In this document: piece after piece, positions 54,624-64,000 of the stretch
Position numbering within the stretch: position 1 is the first letter of the stretch
How the letters are laid out: each line of letters starts with the position of its first letter
Source of the DNA: Eubacteriales bacterium
GTDB taxonomy: Bacteria > Bacillota > Clostridia > Oscillospirales > CAG-272
Assembly (NCBI GenBank): GCA_045594785.1
Contig: JAZNZE010000054.1
Location: 52,091-116,090 of the forward strand
DNA: 64,000 nt
Reading direction: 5' to 3'
Made by a program: the position numbers and the translations under genes
Notes under the pieces: generated by a model
What the model was told of the DNA's origin: nothing
Database searches by the model: none
The model's input: the letters and a program-made list of their open reading frames with translations, nothing else

Positions 54624-55529
54624 ATGCTTATTGACATTCATACTCATGCATACCGCGTCAAGTGCCCTTTCGGAGCTAACTTCTGCACGCTTGACGAAAT
54701 TCTCAAGGAACAGGACAGGCTCGGAATAGATATGAGCTGTATTCTGCCCGTAGTAAGCCCCGAAATTTACATTCCTCAAAACACTGAAGATATTATAGAT
54801 ATGGCAAGAGCTTATCCAGACAGAATTATTCCCTTTTGTAACGTTGACCCGCGTTCTCTTACAAACTCTCCCTTTGCAAAGCTCGAGGACGTTTTGGAAT
54901 TCTACAAAGAAAAGGGCTGCAAGGCTGTCGGTGAGGTTATGCCTAATATGAGAATGGACGACCCTAAGGTACAAAACCTTTTCAGAGCCTGTGAAAAGGT
55001 TGGATTTTCGGTCACCCCTGACGGCTCTGATATGCTCGATGGGGATTTTGGTCTTTACGATGAGCCCGGACTTCCTCAGCTTGAGCTTTCGCTGAGAAGA
55101 TTTCCAAATCTTATAATATTCGGTCACGGTCCTATATTCTGGGGCGAGATAGCAAAGCTCGATACTCCCGGTGAAAAGGGATATCCCTTCAGATTTCTCG
55201 GTGACGGTCAGGTTGACGGTGTTCCTAACCGCAAGCATCCTATAAAGGAAGAGGGCGTTGTTGCAAAGCTTCTCAGAAGATATCCTAACCTTCACTGTGA
55301 CCTTTCTGACGGAACTGCATATTTTGCTCTCACAAGAGACGAGGACTATATTGCAGAGTTTATCAAGGAATTTGACGACAGAATGTACTTCGGTACCGAC
55401 CAATGCTACTACGGTCAGCCTATTCCTCTTATCAATAAGCTCAAGGAGTGGAAGGATAGGGGTGTGATTTCCGCATCCTCCTACAACAAGATAACTCACG
55501 AGAATGCAATGCGTCTTCTTAAAATTTGA
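54624..55529 (+). CDS. Amidohydrolase-family (TIM-barrel metal-dependent hydrolase) protein
   Basis: MLIDIHTHAY (HxH metal motif) and GEVMPN. AAGGAG RBS. Confidence 0.7.
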   Translation: MLIDIHTHAYRVKCPFGANFCTLDEILKEQDRLGIDMSCILPVVSPEIYIPQNTEDIIDMARAYPDRIIPFCNVDPRSLTNSPFAKLEDVLEFYKEKGCKAVGEVMPNMRMDDPKVQNLFRACEKVGFSVTPDGSDMLDGDFGLYDEPGLPQLELSLRRFPNLIIFGHGPIFWGEIAKLDTPGEKGYPFRFLGDGQVDGVPNRKHPIKEEGVVAKLLRRYPNLHCDLSDGTAYFALTRDEDYIAEFIKEFDDRMYFGTDQCYYGQPIPLINKLKEWKDRGVISASSYNKITHENAMRLLKI

Positions 55530-55635
55530 TTTTTAAGCAGAATTTTAATCAAAAAAATGCTTATTGTTCTTGATTTTTCCATATTTATGGTGTATAATTA
55601 TATGGAATAATTGAAAACTGAAAGGTATTGTATTA

Positions 55636-55998
55636 ATGGAAAGTTACGGATTTTTAATCATAATAGGTGTTTTCGTAATAATGATGATTTTTATGTCTCG
55701 CGGTCAGAGAAAGCGTGACAAAGCAGATCAGGAAATGCGCGATTCACTTCAGGTAGGCGATGAAGTAACCACTATCGGCGGAATTATCGGTAAGGTTATT
55801 TCTATAAAGGCAGAAACTTTCGTTCTTGAAACCACCAAGGACAAGACGAAGATCCGTTTCCTCAAGGGCGCTATCAGAAGCGTTGACGTGAAGGCTGCGG
55901 ATATTGCGGCAGCCGTTCTCGAAACAAACACCGAGAAGCCCGCAGATGCTGAAGCTCCCGAAGCAGAGAGCGCTGAAAAGGAAAACAACAAGCAGTAA
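55636..55998 (+). CDS. yajC: Preprotein translocase subunit YajC
   Basis: A single TM helix, then QRKRDKADQEMRDSLQVGDEVTTIGGIIGKVISI, which is typical of YajC. Confidence 0.88.
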   Translation: MESYGFLIIIGVFVIMMIFMSRGQRKRDKADQEMRDSLQVGDEVTTIGGIIGKVISIKAETFVLETTKDKTKIRFLKGAIRSVDVKAADIAAAVLETNTEKPADAEAPEAESAEKENNKQ

Positions 55999-56015
55999 AG
56001 TAATAAAAATAAAAG

Positions 56016-56056
56016 CCTCCGAATAGGTTTAAATAAACTTATTCGGAGGTTATTTT
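56016..56056 (+). terminator. Rho-independent terminator after yajC
   Basis: CCTCCGAATA-loop-TATTCGGAGG followed by TTATTTTT. The 3' arm doubles as the RBS of the next gene. Confidence 0.7.
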
Positions 56057-56057
56057 T

Positions 56058-56462
56058 ATGAAACGCAACGGTCTGAGAAGAACAAAAACTAACCGAAGCA
56101 CTTTGATTTTCGGCATAATCCTTACCGCAGCCAGCTTTTTTATTCTGACTTTTCTTGCTTCGCTTCTTTTGTCTATGATAAAAAATCCGCTGGGAGCATC
56201 CGGCATCGCTTCGTTCGCAGTTTTACTTATTACAGGAATTCTTTCGGGCTTTTTTACAGCAAAATACAAAGGAGAGCACGGAATTTTACCGTCCGGGGCG
56301 TGCGCTTTGATTTTCGCATTTATACTTTTTTGCACAGGTTTAATTTCTTCGGGCGGAAAAATTGCATCGATAACTATCATTAACCTTATTTCTTACGTTG
56401 CCGTAGCTTTTTTGTTTGCCGCTTTAGCTAAAAAAAGGAAAAGACACGGACGCGTAAGATAA
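56058..56462 (+). CDS. Hypothetical integral membrane protein (134 aa, 4 TM)
   Basis: Hydrophobic profile and a basic C-terminus KKRKRHGRVR. Confidence 0.5.
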   Translation: MKRNGLRRTKTNRSTLIFGIILTAASFFILTFLASLLLSMIKNPLGASGIASFAVLLITGILSGFFTAKYKGEHGILPSGACALIFAFILFCTGLISSGGKIASITIINLISYVAVAFLFAALAKKRKRHGRVR

Positions 56463-57305
56463 TCAGTTTACTCTGCTCTCTATTTTGCTTATATAGTATC
56501 CGAGAGCTGATTCGAAGTTAACACCGTAGAAACGATGGGTTGGATCAGCCTCGGTTTTTTTCATACATTCAAGAGTAAAATCTACTGCGATACTGAGCGA
56601 ATCCTCAATAGAAATCCCCCTCATTATTGCACCCAAGGCTGCAGATGCATAAATATCACCCGTTCCGTGATATGCTACGGGCAGCTTTTCGTTTGCGTAG
56701 TAGAAATATTTATCGGTCACGCTGTCGTAATAGTATACCCCTATCTTATCCTTTTCAAAGCTTATACCCGTAAGAGCTGCCTTCGGTGCTCCAAGAGACG
56801 TAAGCTTTTTAAGAAGTGTGCGAATATATTCCTCGTCATACTCGGGATTATACGGAAGGTCAAGCATAAACGATGCTTCCGTAAGGTTTGGAAGCACAAG
56901 GTCTGCTTTGCCGCAAAGCTTTGCCATTCTTGCCGCAAACTCGGGGGTGAATCCGGAATAAAGCTTTCCGTTATCCGCCATTACAGGATCTATGAGAACG
57001 AAGGTATCCTTCTTCTTGAAGCTATCAATAAAATCCTCGACAAGCTCCAGCTGTAAAAACGAGCCAAGATAACCGGTATAAATAGCGTCAAAATCAATAT
57101 TAAGCTCAGCAAAGGTGTCTTTTATAGGGGTAATTTCATCGGTCAAATCTTTAAAAGTAAACTTGGGAAACGCGGTGTGCGTGGACAAAACCGCTGTAGG
57201 TAAGACGCCCGCCTCAACTCCTGCCGCACTGATTATTGGCAGAGCCACGGTAAGCGAACATTTTCCAACGCAGGAAATATCCTGCACAGTCATAATTCTT
57301 TTCAT
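56463..57305 (-). CDS. Pyridoxamine/pyridoxal kinase (PdxK/PdxY family)
   Basis: IMTVQDISCVGKCSLTVALPIISAAGVEAGVLPTAVLSTHT and the ribokinase-fold motif HGTGDIYASA. Confidence 0.82.
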   Translation of the reverse strand: MKRIMTVQDISCVGKCSLTVALPIISAAGVEAGVLPTAVLSTHTAFPKFTFKDLTDEITPIKDTFAELNIDFDAIYTGYLGSFLQLELVEDFIDSFKKKDTFVLIDPVMADNGKLYSGFTPEFAARMAKLCGKADLVLPNLTEASFMLDLPYNPEYDEEYIRTLLKKLTSLGAPKAALTGISFEKDKIGVYYYDSVTDKYFYYANEKLPVAYHGTGDIYASAALGAIMRGISIEDSLSIAVDFTLECMKKTEADPTHRFYGVNFESALGYYISKIESRVN

Positions 57306-57344
57306 TGTTTATGTATCCTTTCTTTTTGTATGTCAATTAATTTT

Positions 57345-58565
57345 CTAGTTCTCCGTTATATCTGCTCCGATAGAACGAAGCTTATTTACAATATCGGAAT
57401 ATCCTCTTTTTATTATTTCAGCAGAATCTATAACACTCTCGCCGTTTGCTGTAAGGGCGCACATAAGAAGCGCTGCGCCTCCGCGAAGATCGGGTGCTGT
57501 AGCCGATGCGGAATGAAGGGTTGAAGGTCGTATAACTGCACCTGAATCACAAATTTCATACACTATACCGAACTTCTCCAGCTCGGCAAGGTAGCCAAAC
57601 CTGCCCTTCCAAACCTTTTCGGTTATTCTTCCGCCAAAGAAACGAGCCAAAAGCGGAGCCATCTGAGGTTGGAGATCGGTTGGAAAGCCCGGATAAGGCT
57701 CGGTAACTATATTTACAAAGTCTGCAATTTCCCCATATGGATGCACGCAACTGCCGCAAAAGCGAAATGAAGCTCCTGCAGACCTGAGCGTATCAAAAAA
57801 CGAAAAAAGATGCTGCGGTACTATGCCGCTGACCTTTATATCCGAGGAAGTAAGCAAAGCGATTGCAGTGTAGGTTCCCGCTTCTATCATATCCGGAATA
57901 ACCGTTGCCTCTGCTCCGTGAAGCTCAGAACCTAAAATCTCCAGCCTGTCATCAAAAACCTTTATATCTGCACCTGCAGAACGCAAAAAATCAATAAGCG
58001 AAACAACGTGAGGCTCTTTTGCATAGCCGAAAATTCTGCTTTTTCCTTCCGCACAGCAGGTCAAAAGAAGAGCGTTTACCGTTGCACCCACAGATATCTT
58101 ATCAAAGACAACGTCTGCTCCTTTCAGCTTTGCCGAAACGAAGGTATCTATCTTTCTCTCTGCACCGAGCAACGTCATAGCGTTTATATGCATATCTATT
58201 GGTCGGCTGTCAAAATTACAGCCGCCGAACGACTGAAGATGGCAGATTCCGAACCTTGCAAGATTTGCGCCCAGCAGATATGACGATGCCCTGATTTTTG
58301 ATACCGAAAAATCATTCGGACGAGCATAAGAAAGACAGTTTGTATCTATTATCAAATCTCCGTTACATCTTTTCACGTTCGCTCCCAGTGACGAGATAAG
58401 CTCTATAGCGACCTCAACATCGCTAATTCTCGGAACGTTATGAAGAACGGATACCCCGTGTGTTATTAAAGTAGCAAAAATTAATGGCAGGGCGGCATTT
58501 TTTGAGCCGGAAACCTCTATAGTTCCCGAAAGCGCCCTATTGCCGTTTATTATGAATTTACCCAT
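57345..58565 (-). CDS. murA: UDP-N-acetylglucosamine 1-carboxyvinyltransferase
   Basis: MGKFIINGNRALSGTIEVSGSKNAALPL and GGCNFDSRPIDMH (catalytic Cys loop). ATG 58565 follows GGAGAG. Confidence 0.92.
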   Translation of the reverse strand: MGKFIINGNRALSGTIEVSGSKNAALPLIFATLITHGVSVLHNVPRISDVEVAIELISSLGANVKRCNGDLIIDTNCLSYARPNDFSVSKIRASSYLLGANLARFGICHLQSFGGCNFDSRPIDMHINAMTLLGAERKIDTFVSAKLKGADVVFDKISVGATVNALLLTCCAEGKSRIFGYAKEPHVVSLIDFLRSAGADIKVFDDRLEILGSELHGAEATVIPDMIEAGTYTAIALLTSSDIKVSGIVPQHLFSFFDTLRSAGASFRFCGSCVHPYGEIADFVNIVTEPYPGFPTDLQPQMAPLLARFFGGRITEKVWKGRFGYLAELEKFGIVYEICDSGAVIRPSTLHSASATAPDLRGGAALLMCALTANGESVIDSAEIIKRGYSDIVNKLRSIGADITEN

Positions 58566-58619
58566 ATATCTCTCCAAAAATTATGCTCGATACATAATAT
58601 TCCGGAAAGATAGCAATGG

Positions 58620-59576
58620 TTACCGGGAAAGAATATAGCAGGTCAGAATATCTGCCGTTGAAGAATACGAAAGAGCGCCTCTTTTATCGTAGATTTTCTG
58701 AACCGCTCCGTTTAGTTTGAGAAGAGGCTCATACAAAATACAGTTTCTATATTTTTCAGCGTATTCTCTGTGAGAAATCAAGTCAGCCTTGGCAGAATCA
58801 ACAATATCCGGAAGCTGCTCGTAAAGCGAAGAATTCTTTCTCTTAAGCGAGCCTGCAATAGATTCATACGCATAGAGATCTGCCGAATATCTGTAATAAG
58901 AATTTTCCGAGAGTGAAAGCTCCTTGTAGGCAAAAAGATTTGCCTCGTCCTCTCTCATAACAGATTTAAAATGAGCATATTCATGCGCCGCACTAAAAAC
59001 ACAAATATAAGCAGGCGCTTCCGTGTTTATCACGCATTCGGCTGTCGGAAAATAGTAAAGTCCGTATATTCCGAGCGCAGTATAAAGCTTTGGGAAAAGC
59101 GAACGCTTAGCACCGAAAGGCTGCTCGGTATACTCAAAATCCGGCTCTGAGGATAGTGAATTTACTCTATTTATCAAGAGCTCCGCCGCAGAATACAGCT
59201 CTTGTTCCGAGCATTCTCTGACGGAAATTTCATCCAAATGCCTGCGCGATGGGACAAGTATATTCAAAAGATATGAAAGCAAAACGAAAAGGGTTAGCAG
59301 CAAGAGAGCTTTCCTGTTAAATAAACGCGACAATGGCTTGAAGAGAAACACAAAAGCAAGCGGCAAAAACAGAATAAATATTTCGAAAATTGAATAAGGC
59401 ACCAGGTGTGTAATCTCTGCCATTGATGCTCTTATTGGCTGTGATAGCCTGCCGTCAACAACATCCGCAGGAAGCAACAACGCAAGCAAAAAGCAAAGAG
59501 CGAGAATCAAAAAAGCTTGCATACTTTTTCTCATTATAAAACTATACCTTTCGCAACATAGCTTTATTTTGAGCAT
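58620..59576 (-). CDS. DUF3810-like membrane-associated putative zinc metalloprotease
   Basis: AAHEYAHFKSVMREDEANLFAY (HExxH plus EDEAN), as in DUF3810 proteins. The start is uncertain (59576 or 59534). Confidence 0.65.
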   Translation of the reverse strand: MLKIKLCCERYSFIMRKSMQAFLILALCFLLALLLPADVVDGRLSQPIRASMAEITHLVPYSIFEIFILFLPLAFVFLFKPLSRLFNRKALLLLTLFVLLSYLLNILVPSRRHLDEISVRECSEQELYSAAELLINRVNSLSSEPDFEYTEQPFGAKRSLFPKLYTALGIYGLYYFPTAECVINTEAPAYICVFSAAHEYAHFKSVMREDEANLFAYKELSLSENSYYRYSADLYAYESIAGSLKRKNSSLYEQLPDIVDSAKADLISHREYAEKYRNCILYEPLLKLNGAVQKIYDKRGALSYSSTADILTCYILSR

Positions 59577-59592
59577 TTTAGTAAATATTTAT

Positions 59593-61191
59593 TTACATAT
59601 TGAGCTTTTTATATCTTTTTGAAGCCGGGTAAACAAGCAGGACCGTTTCTAAAGAAATTGCAATCACGGGAAAACCGAGAAGAAGAACCAAGCCAAGTGC
59701 AGAGCTTATTATTGAAAGAATGAAGACTCCTACAATAAGAGCCATAGAGATAAGCATTGAGGAAAGCATCGATATAAGGGTCGCGAGAGATTGCTTTACT
59801 GCCTGGGCTTCGTTATCATAATCAAATTTTGGAAAAGCTACGTTTATCAGTATTCCAAAAAGAGAGAACATGGCATTTGCAAGCTGCGTGGCAATAATGT
59901 AAAGCACCCAGTATAGAGGTGATGGTGATACCGCAACCAGCATAAGAAGTGTGGAAATCAAAATCACAGGCGCTGAAATAACAAACTGCATAAGAGCCTT
60001 TGATATGAGCAAGGTTTTAGGCTCTATCGGCATAGTTTTAAGTATCCATAGCTCTTTTCCTTCAACAGAAAGCGAACATGCGGATATAATTGTTGTTGAC
60101 GCTGTAAGAACGATAAACGCAACAGCAATATTTGCAAGAGCTGTATCCGAAAGTGAAAGCTCTGCTCCGAGAAGCTCAAATATTTCACTTTTTACAAGCG
60201 CAAGAACTGCGATAATAAGCCCCATCAATAAGCCCAGCGCACCGTTCATAATGTATATAGGCGATGAAAAGAAATGACGGATATCTTTTTTAGTAAGTGC
60301 AATAACCGCGCTTGTACGCCTGAGCTTCTTCTCTTTATAAACCGCCTTTTTAGCTCCGGTTCTTTCGGTTACGATTCTTATATACGCCATAGATATCAGA
60401 TAATACGCAATAAGAGCGGAAACGACCGATACCGCAGCTACGCTTATAATTGACCAGGGTTTAAGAAGAGCTGCATTTCCTAAGAAAAGCAAGAACTTAT
60501 GATTTTCAGCCAACTCTTCACTCATTCCCAAAAGGTTTTCAATCAGAGCCTCAATATTATCTCCCACAACCTCAATCATTAAAAAATAGCCAAAAACAAA
60601 AGCAAACGTGATAATTACGGTTATAAGATTTTTGAATTTGAGCTTCCTTGATATTTCGGCTACGAGATAGCCTACAAAAGAAGCAAGAGCCGTGGCAAAA
60701 AGAGGTAAAAGCAGAAATATAAGCACTCCGCCTATAATACCGAGCGCGTCCTTTGCAAAAATTCCGTAAAACACTATAGCCGGAAGCATTATTACCGCGT
60801 TTATGATATAGTTATATATCAGAACTATAAACACTCTTGCTGCCACTATATCACGCGGCTTAATCGGCATTGAAAGCAAAAGGTCGTTATCCTTGCACTC
60901 AAAGAGCTCTGTTTTCGTTTCAAATATACCCAGTACAAATATTAGTGTAAGCGATAGCCCCATAAAAACGAGATAGTAGAGCCACGAAGCGCTCGGAAGA
61001 AGCACGGAAGCCATAAGATAGGAAACGCTTACTGAAAGAAAAAGAAATACAGCCGCAACGAAGAGATAAAGAAGTCCAAAAAGAACAAGCTTTAGCGGAG
61101 TTGGCTTTTTTATATCCTTTCCGCGCCCTGCCCTTCCGACTGCCGAGCCGAATACTGCGTGCAGTCTGTTTTTTATAAGAACGCCTATCAT
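59593..61191 (-). CDS. Putative ABC-2-type exporter permease (about 12 TM)
   Basis: Polytopic 532-aa protein with a 4-bp overlap with the upstream ABC ATPase gene. Confidence 0.65.
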   Translation of the reverse strand: MIGVLIKNRLHAVFGSAVGRAGRGKDIKKPTPLKLVLFGLLYLFVAAVFLFLSVSVSYLMASVLLPSASWLYYLVFMGLSLTLIFVLGIFETKTELFECKDNDLLLSMPIKPRDIVAARVFIVLIYNYIINAVIMLPAIVFYGIFAKDALGIIGGVLIFLLLPLFATALASFVGYLVAEISRKLKFKNLITVIITFAFVFGYFLMIEVVGDNIEALIENLLGMSEELAENHKFLLFLGNAALLKPWSIISVAAVSVVSALIAYYLISMAYIRIVTERTGAKKAVYKEKKLRRTSAVIALTKKDIRHFFSSPIYIMNGALGLLMGLIIAVLALVKSEIFELLGAELSLSDTALANIAVAFIVLTASTTIISACSLSVEGKELWILKTMPIEPKTLLISKALMQFVISAPVILISTLLMLVAVSPSPLYWVLYIIATQLANAMFSLFGILINVAFPKFDYDNEAQAVKQSLATLISMLSSMLISMALIVGVFILSIISSALGLVLLLGFPVIAISLETVLLVYPASKRYKKLNM

Positions 61192-61895
61192 TCTCCGTCC
61201 TCCAAATCAAGAAAGACCTCTTCAAGCGACTCGTCTCCCGTTATATCGTCAATGTTTCCAACGGTTACAAGCTTGCCGGATTTTATTATCGCAACTCTGT
61301 CACAGAGCTTTTCTGCTACGTCAAGAACGTGGGTGGAGAAAAATATTGAGCCTCCCTTATCACAATGCTCGCGCATCATTTCTTTGAGAGTAAACGATGC
61401 CTTAGGGTCAAGACCCACGAACGGCTCGTCCATCATTATGAATTTTGGGGAATGAATCCATGCAGATATTATTGCGAGCTTCTGCTTCATTCCGTGAGAA
61501 TAGCTGCCTATCGGAGACGCAAGACTGTCTGTAAGTCCAAGCCTGTCGGAATACTCCTTTATAAGAGCATTTCTCTCATCGCCTATCTCATAAACGTCCG
61601 AAATAAAATTCAGATATTTGATGCCGGTAAGATAATTATAAAGCTCGGGATTATCCGGAATGTAGGCGCATATTTTTTTGCATTCGATAGGATTTTCTTT
61701 TATTGAAATACCGTTGATATAAATGCTTCCCTCTTCAAAATCAAGAAGTCCTATAGCCGCCTTCAGCGTGGTTGTCTTGCCGGCTCCGTTATGACCGATG
61801 AAGCCACAGATTTCACCGCTTTTTATTTCAAGAGAAAGATTGTCTACCGCAACCTTATCACCGTATTTTTTTGTAAAATTCAAAATTTTAAGCAT
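61188..61895 (-). CDS. ABC transporter ATP-binding protein
   Basis: Walker A GHNGAGKTT, signature YSHGMKQK and Walker B FIMMDEPFVGLD. Confidence 0.9.
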   Translation of the reverse strand: MLKILNFTKKYGDKVAVDNLSLEIKSGEICGFIGHNGAGKTTTLKAAIGLLDFEEGSIYINGISIKENPIECKKICAYIPDNPELYNYLTGIKYLNFISDVYEIGDERNALIKEYSDRLGLTDSLASPIGSYSHGMKQKLAIISAWIHSPKFIMMDEPFVGLDPKASFTLKEMMREHCDKGGSIFFSTHVLDVAEKLCDRVAIIKSGKLVTVGNIDDITGDESLEEVFLDLEDGE

Positions 61896-61910
61896 ATAAC
61901 CTCCAAAAAA

Positions 61911-63158
61911 CTATCTCCTTTTAAGAAATCTCGTCCATACCGCTAAAAAGGCTATGCAAAGCAAGATTGCTGCCGCCATTATAAATATCCACACCTTTAT
62001 AGTGAAAAACCAGCCGCAACTATCGGCTATTGCCGTGAAAAGCATATTTGCAACTACTATTCCGAGTGCAGCGCCACCGTTAACAAATGCGGCAACGGTA
62101 GCTCCCATATTCCACCTGCTGAATCTGCCCGCTATGTAAGATGAAGTAAACATACTCGCGGTACTTAAGAAAAACACCATAACTGCAAGAAATATAACTA
62201 TCCATACGTAGCTTATTTCTCCAACAAAAAGAAGCAAGCAAACAAAAGGAAACGAAAGAATAAAGAAAAGAAAAACCGCAAGAGCCTCATTCGTTATAAA
62301 TCTCGGATAAATAACGCTTCCGAAAAGGCTTCCGAAGATGCCTGCGACTATAACGGTAATACTCAGAATCGTAGAAAGCTCCGGTGAAAGTGATTCATAA
62401 GATTCGTTTATAATTGACGGTGTAAGAACTCTAAGTCCCAAATCAAAGGCAGAACGTAATATCGCTATAACAAAAAGCAGAAGAATTCCATACGAGAAAA
62501 GCAGCTTTTTAAAGCTTGGCACATCACTTGAACGCTCCGCAACCGCAGCTTCGCTATCAACAGCTTCCGCTTCCGAAAGCGAAGGGGTAATAAACGCCAC
62601 GCAGAGCTCCCACAGAATAGCAAAGGCAAAAAGACCTATTGCCGAAATCAAGAAGTTAAGCTGCCAACGCGTACTCACCACTGCTGCGATAACAAAGCTG
62701 GCTATTCCGCCTATAGAGCCGCAGATGTTTATGAGAAAAAGAGCCTTACCTCTCATAGAGGCACAGATAACCGTTGACGCAAGCTTGAAGACCGAGGGCC
62801 ATACGGCGCATTGCAAAATTGCATTAAGTACCCAAGAAAAAAGCATCACCGGATAGCTCTGATTAAAATATATTATCAAATTTGACACGCCCGCACCTAA
62901 GAGGCCGATGGTTATCAGCTTATCCGGACGCCACCTGTCAATCAAAGGACCGGACATCATCTGCAGAATTGCATAAACTACGTAAAATAACGCACTTATC
63001 GTTCCGGTTTCAAATTTTGTCAGAAGTCCCTCCTCTACTATAAACACCATAGACGAGGAAAAACAGTTTTTAGTCAGCGATATGAAAGAGAATGACGAAA
63101 TCAGTCCGATAAGAAGCAGCACACACGCACTCTTGCTGTTAAGAGCCTTATTTTTCAT
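61911..63158 (-). CDS. MFS transporter (paralog 1)
   Basis: 12-TM profile. About 45 percent identical by eye to the upstream paralog over the C-terminal half. Confidence 0.8.
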   Translation of the reverse strand: MKNKALNSKSACVLLLIGLISSFSFISLTKNCFSSSMVFIVEEGLLTKFETGTISALFYVVYAILQMMSGPLIDRWRPDKLITIGLLGAGVSNLIIYFNQSYPVMLFSWVLNAILQCAVWPSVFKLASTVICASMRGKALFLINICGSIGGIASFVIAAVVSTRWQLNFLISAIGLFAFAILWELCVAFITPSLSEAEAVDSEAAVAERSSDVPSFKKLLFSYGILLLFVIAILRSAFDLGLRVLTPSIINESYESLSPELSTILSITVIVAGIFGSLFGSVIYPRFITNEALAVFLFFILSFPFVCLLLFVGEISYVWIVIFLAVMVFFLSTASMFTSSYIAGRFSRWNMGATVAAFVNGGAALGIVVANMLFTAIADSCGWFFTIKVWIFIMAAAILLCIAFLAVWTRFLKRR

Positions 63159-64000
63159 TATTTATTCCTGCCGGCTTTTAAAAATTTTGTCCACAGAGGA
63201 AGATAACAAAGGACTAAAAGCATAGCTACAGACATCATTACAACCCATACAATTACCGTTCCCTGCCAACCGACTGTGTCTGCAAGTCCCGGAAAAAGAG
63301 TATTGGCAAGAACTATGCCAAGAGATGCACTCGCATTTAGGATTCCGGCAATAGTTGCTCCTTTTCCGTATTTGTTGAATCTGGCTGCAATATATGACGT
63401 GGTAAAAAGCGTACAGGAATTCATAAACATTACGATAATAGAGAGAACGGCTACCATCACGCGATAGTCTATTTTTCCGATAAAAAGGGTGAGAAAGGTA
63501 AAAGGAAGTGAAAGTCCAAAGAATACAACCAAAGCAACAGCCTCATTTTTAATGAACCTCGGATATACGAAATGGGCAATAAATATTCCAAGCACTCCCG
63601 CAACAAGAACAGCTATATTCATAACCGTTGCCAAAACAGGCGTGACCGCATCATAGGATTCATTTATCATGGTGGGCGTCATTCCCTTGATGCCCCAATC
63701 AAACATAGCTCTTAGAAAAACAAGGAAAAATACGATAAACAGTCCGCTTGTAAAAAAGAGTTTTACAAAGCTCTCGGGCGTTTTATGCTTCAACAGCTCT
63801 TCCACCTTTACCTCCGATGCCGACTGAACATCGGTTTCGGTTATCAAAGGCTTTACAGACCTGAACGTAAGCTCCCAAACCAGCGCAAAGGCTACAAGTC
63901 CGACAGCGGAAATTATGAAATTGAGCTGCCATTTTGAACTAACGATAGCAGCAACTATATAACTTGAAACAACTCCTGCAGGGCTTGCAAGCGTGGCTAT
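63158..64000 (-). CDS. MFS transporter (paralog 2), 5' end outside the window
   Basis: The frame stays open from 63847 to 64000 (own translation IATLASPAGVVSSYIVAAIVSSKWQLNFIISAVGLVAFALVWELTFRSVKPLITETD). The track's TTG start at 63847 is therefore internal. Its stop overlaps the next ATG as TAATG. Confidence 0.8.
   Translation of the reverse strand: MATLASPAGVVSSYIVAAIVSSKWQLNFIISAVGLVAFALVWELTFRSVKPLITETDVQSASEVKVEELLKHKTPESFVKLFFTSGLFIVFFLVFLRAMFDWGIKGMTPTMINESYDAVTPVLATVMNIAVLVAGVLGIFIAHFVYPRFIKNEAVALVVFFGLSLPFTFLTLFIGKIDYRVMVAVLSIIVMFMNSCTLFTTSYIAARFNKYGKGATIAGILNASASLGIVLANTLFPGLADTVGWQGTVIVWVVMMSVAMLLVLCYLPLWTKFLKAGRNK

Noticed and set aside
54570-55499. 309-aa minus-strand ORF antisense to the amidohydrolase gene
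   Set aside because: The plus-strand product has an HxH metal motif, an AAGGAG RBS and normal composition. The minus-strand product has no motifs and Cys/Arg-rich composition.
1-64000. tRNA, rRNA, CRISPR arrays, transposases, integrases, prophage structural genes
   Set aside because: I looked for cloverleaf-like GC-rich segments in intergenic regions, spaced repeats, and DDE/tyrosine-recombinase-like ORFs, and found none. This absence claim rests on reading by eye and should be confirmed with tRNAscan-SE, Infernal and ISEScan.

Overview
Chromosomal segment from a low-to-moderate GC Firmicute. It looks Clostridia-like by gene content: DUF896, DUF3810, a fused aroE-aroK, and tail-anchored giant surface proteins. 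I support about 52 protein-coding genes. I recognised no rRNA, tRNA, CRISPR array, transposase or integrase.

Layout:
- 1-5.8 kb: amino-acid catabolism and uptake genes (M23 peptidase, AGCS symporter, oxidoreductase, L-serine dehydratase).
- 6-8.8 kb: trkA-trkH.
- 8.9-17.6 kb: a TetR gene divergent from a complete 8-gene aromatic amino-acid operon (pheA-aroB-aroC-aroE/K-aroQ-aroA-tyrA-DAHP synthase). The same 15-bp operator-like palindrome sits just downstream of each of the two promoters.
- 17.7-21.9 kb: deacetylase, cysE and a 779-aa secreted protein.
- 22-31.2 kb: a tightly packed co-directional cluster of a 1259-aa SF1 helicase with a REase-like tail, a heterodimeric ABC exporter, an Mrr-like nuclease and two small proteins.
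- 31.4-32.3 kb: rplM-rpsI.
- 32.3-36.3 kb: an AT-rich accessory patch of small lipoprotein, membrane, XRE and GNAT genes. It carries rpsI 3'-end remnants, 22-bp direct repeats and a clustered 8-mer motif.
- 36.3-39.7 kb: AEC transporter, metA and metY.
- 40.4-54.4 kb: two very large membrane-anchored surface proteins of 3468 aa and 1117 aa.
- 54.6-64 kb: housekeeping genes (amidohydrolase, yajC, pyridoxamine kinase, murA, DUF3810, ABC-2 exporter, tandem MFS paralogs).

The most unusual object is the 3468-aa protein. A single transmembrane helix is followed by a predicted cytoplasmic tail of about 1250 aa. The tail holds two 18-bp in-frame tandem arrays flanking a globular module, and it ends in a domain that aligns with the C-terminal half of ribosomal protein uL15.

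All functional calls come from reading the translated sequences. No database search was run.
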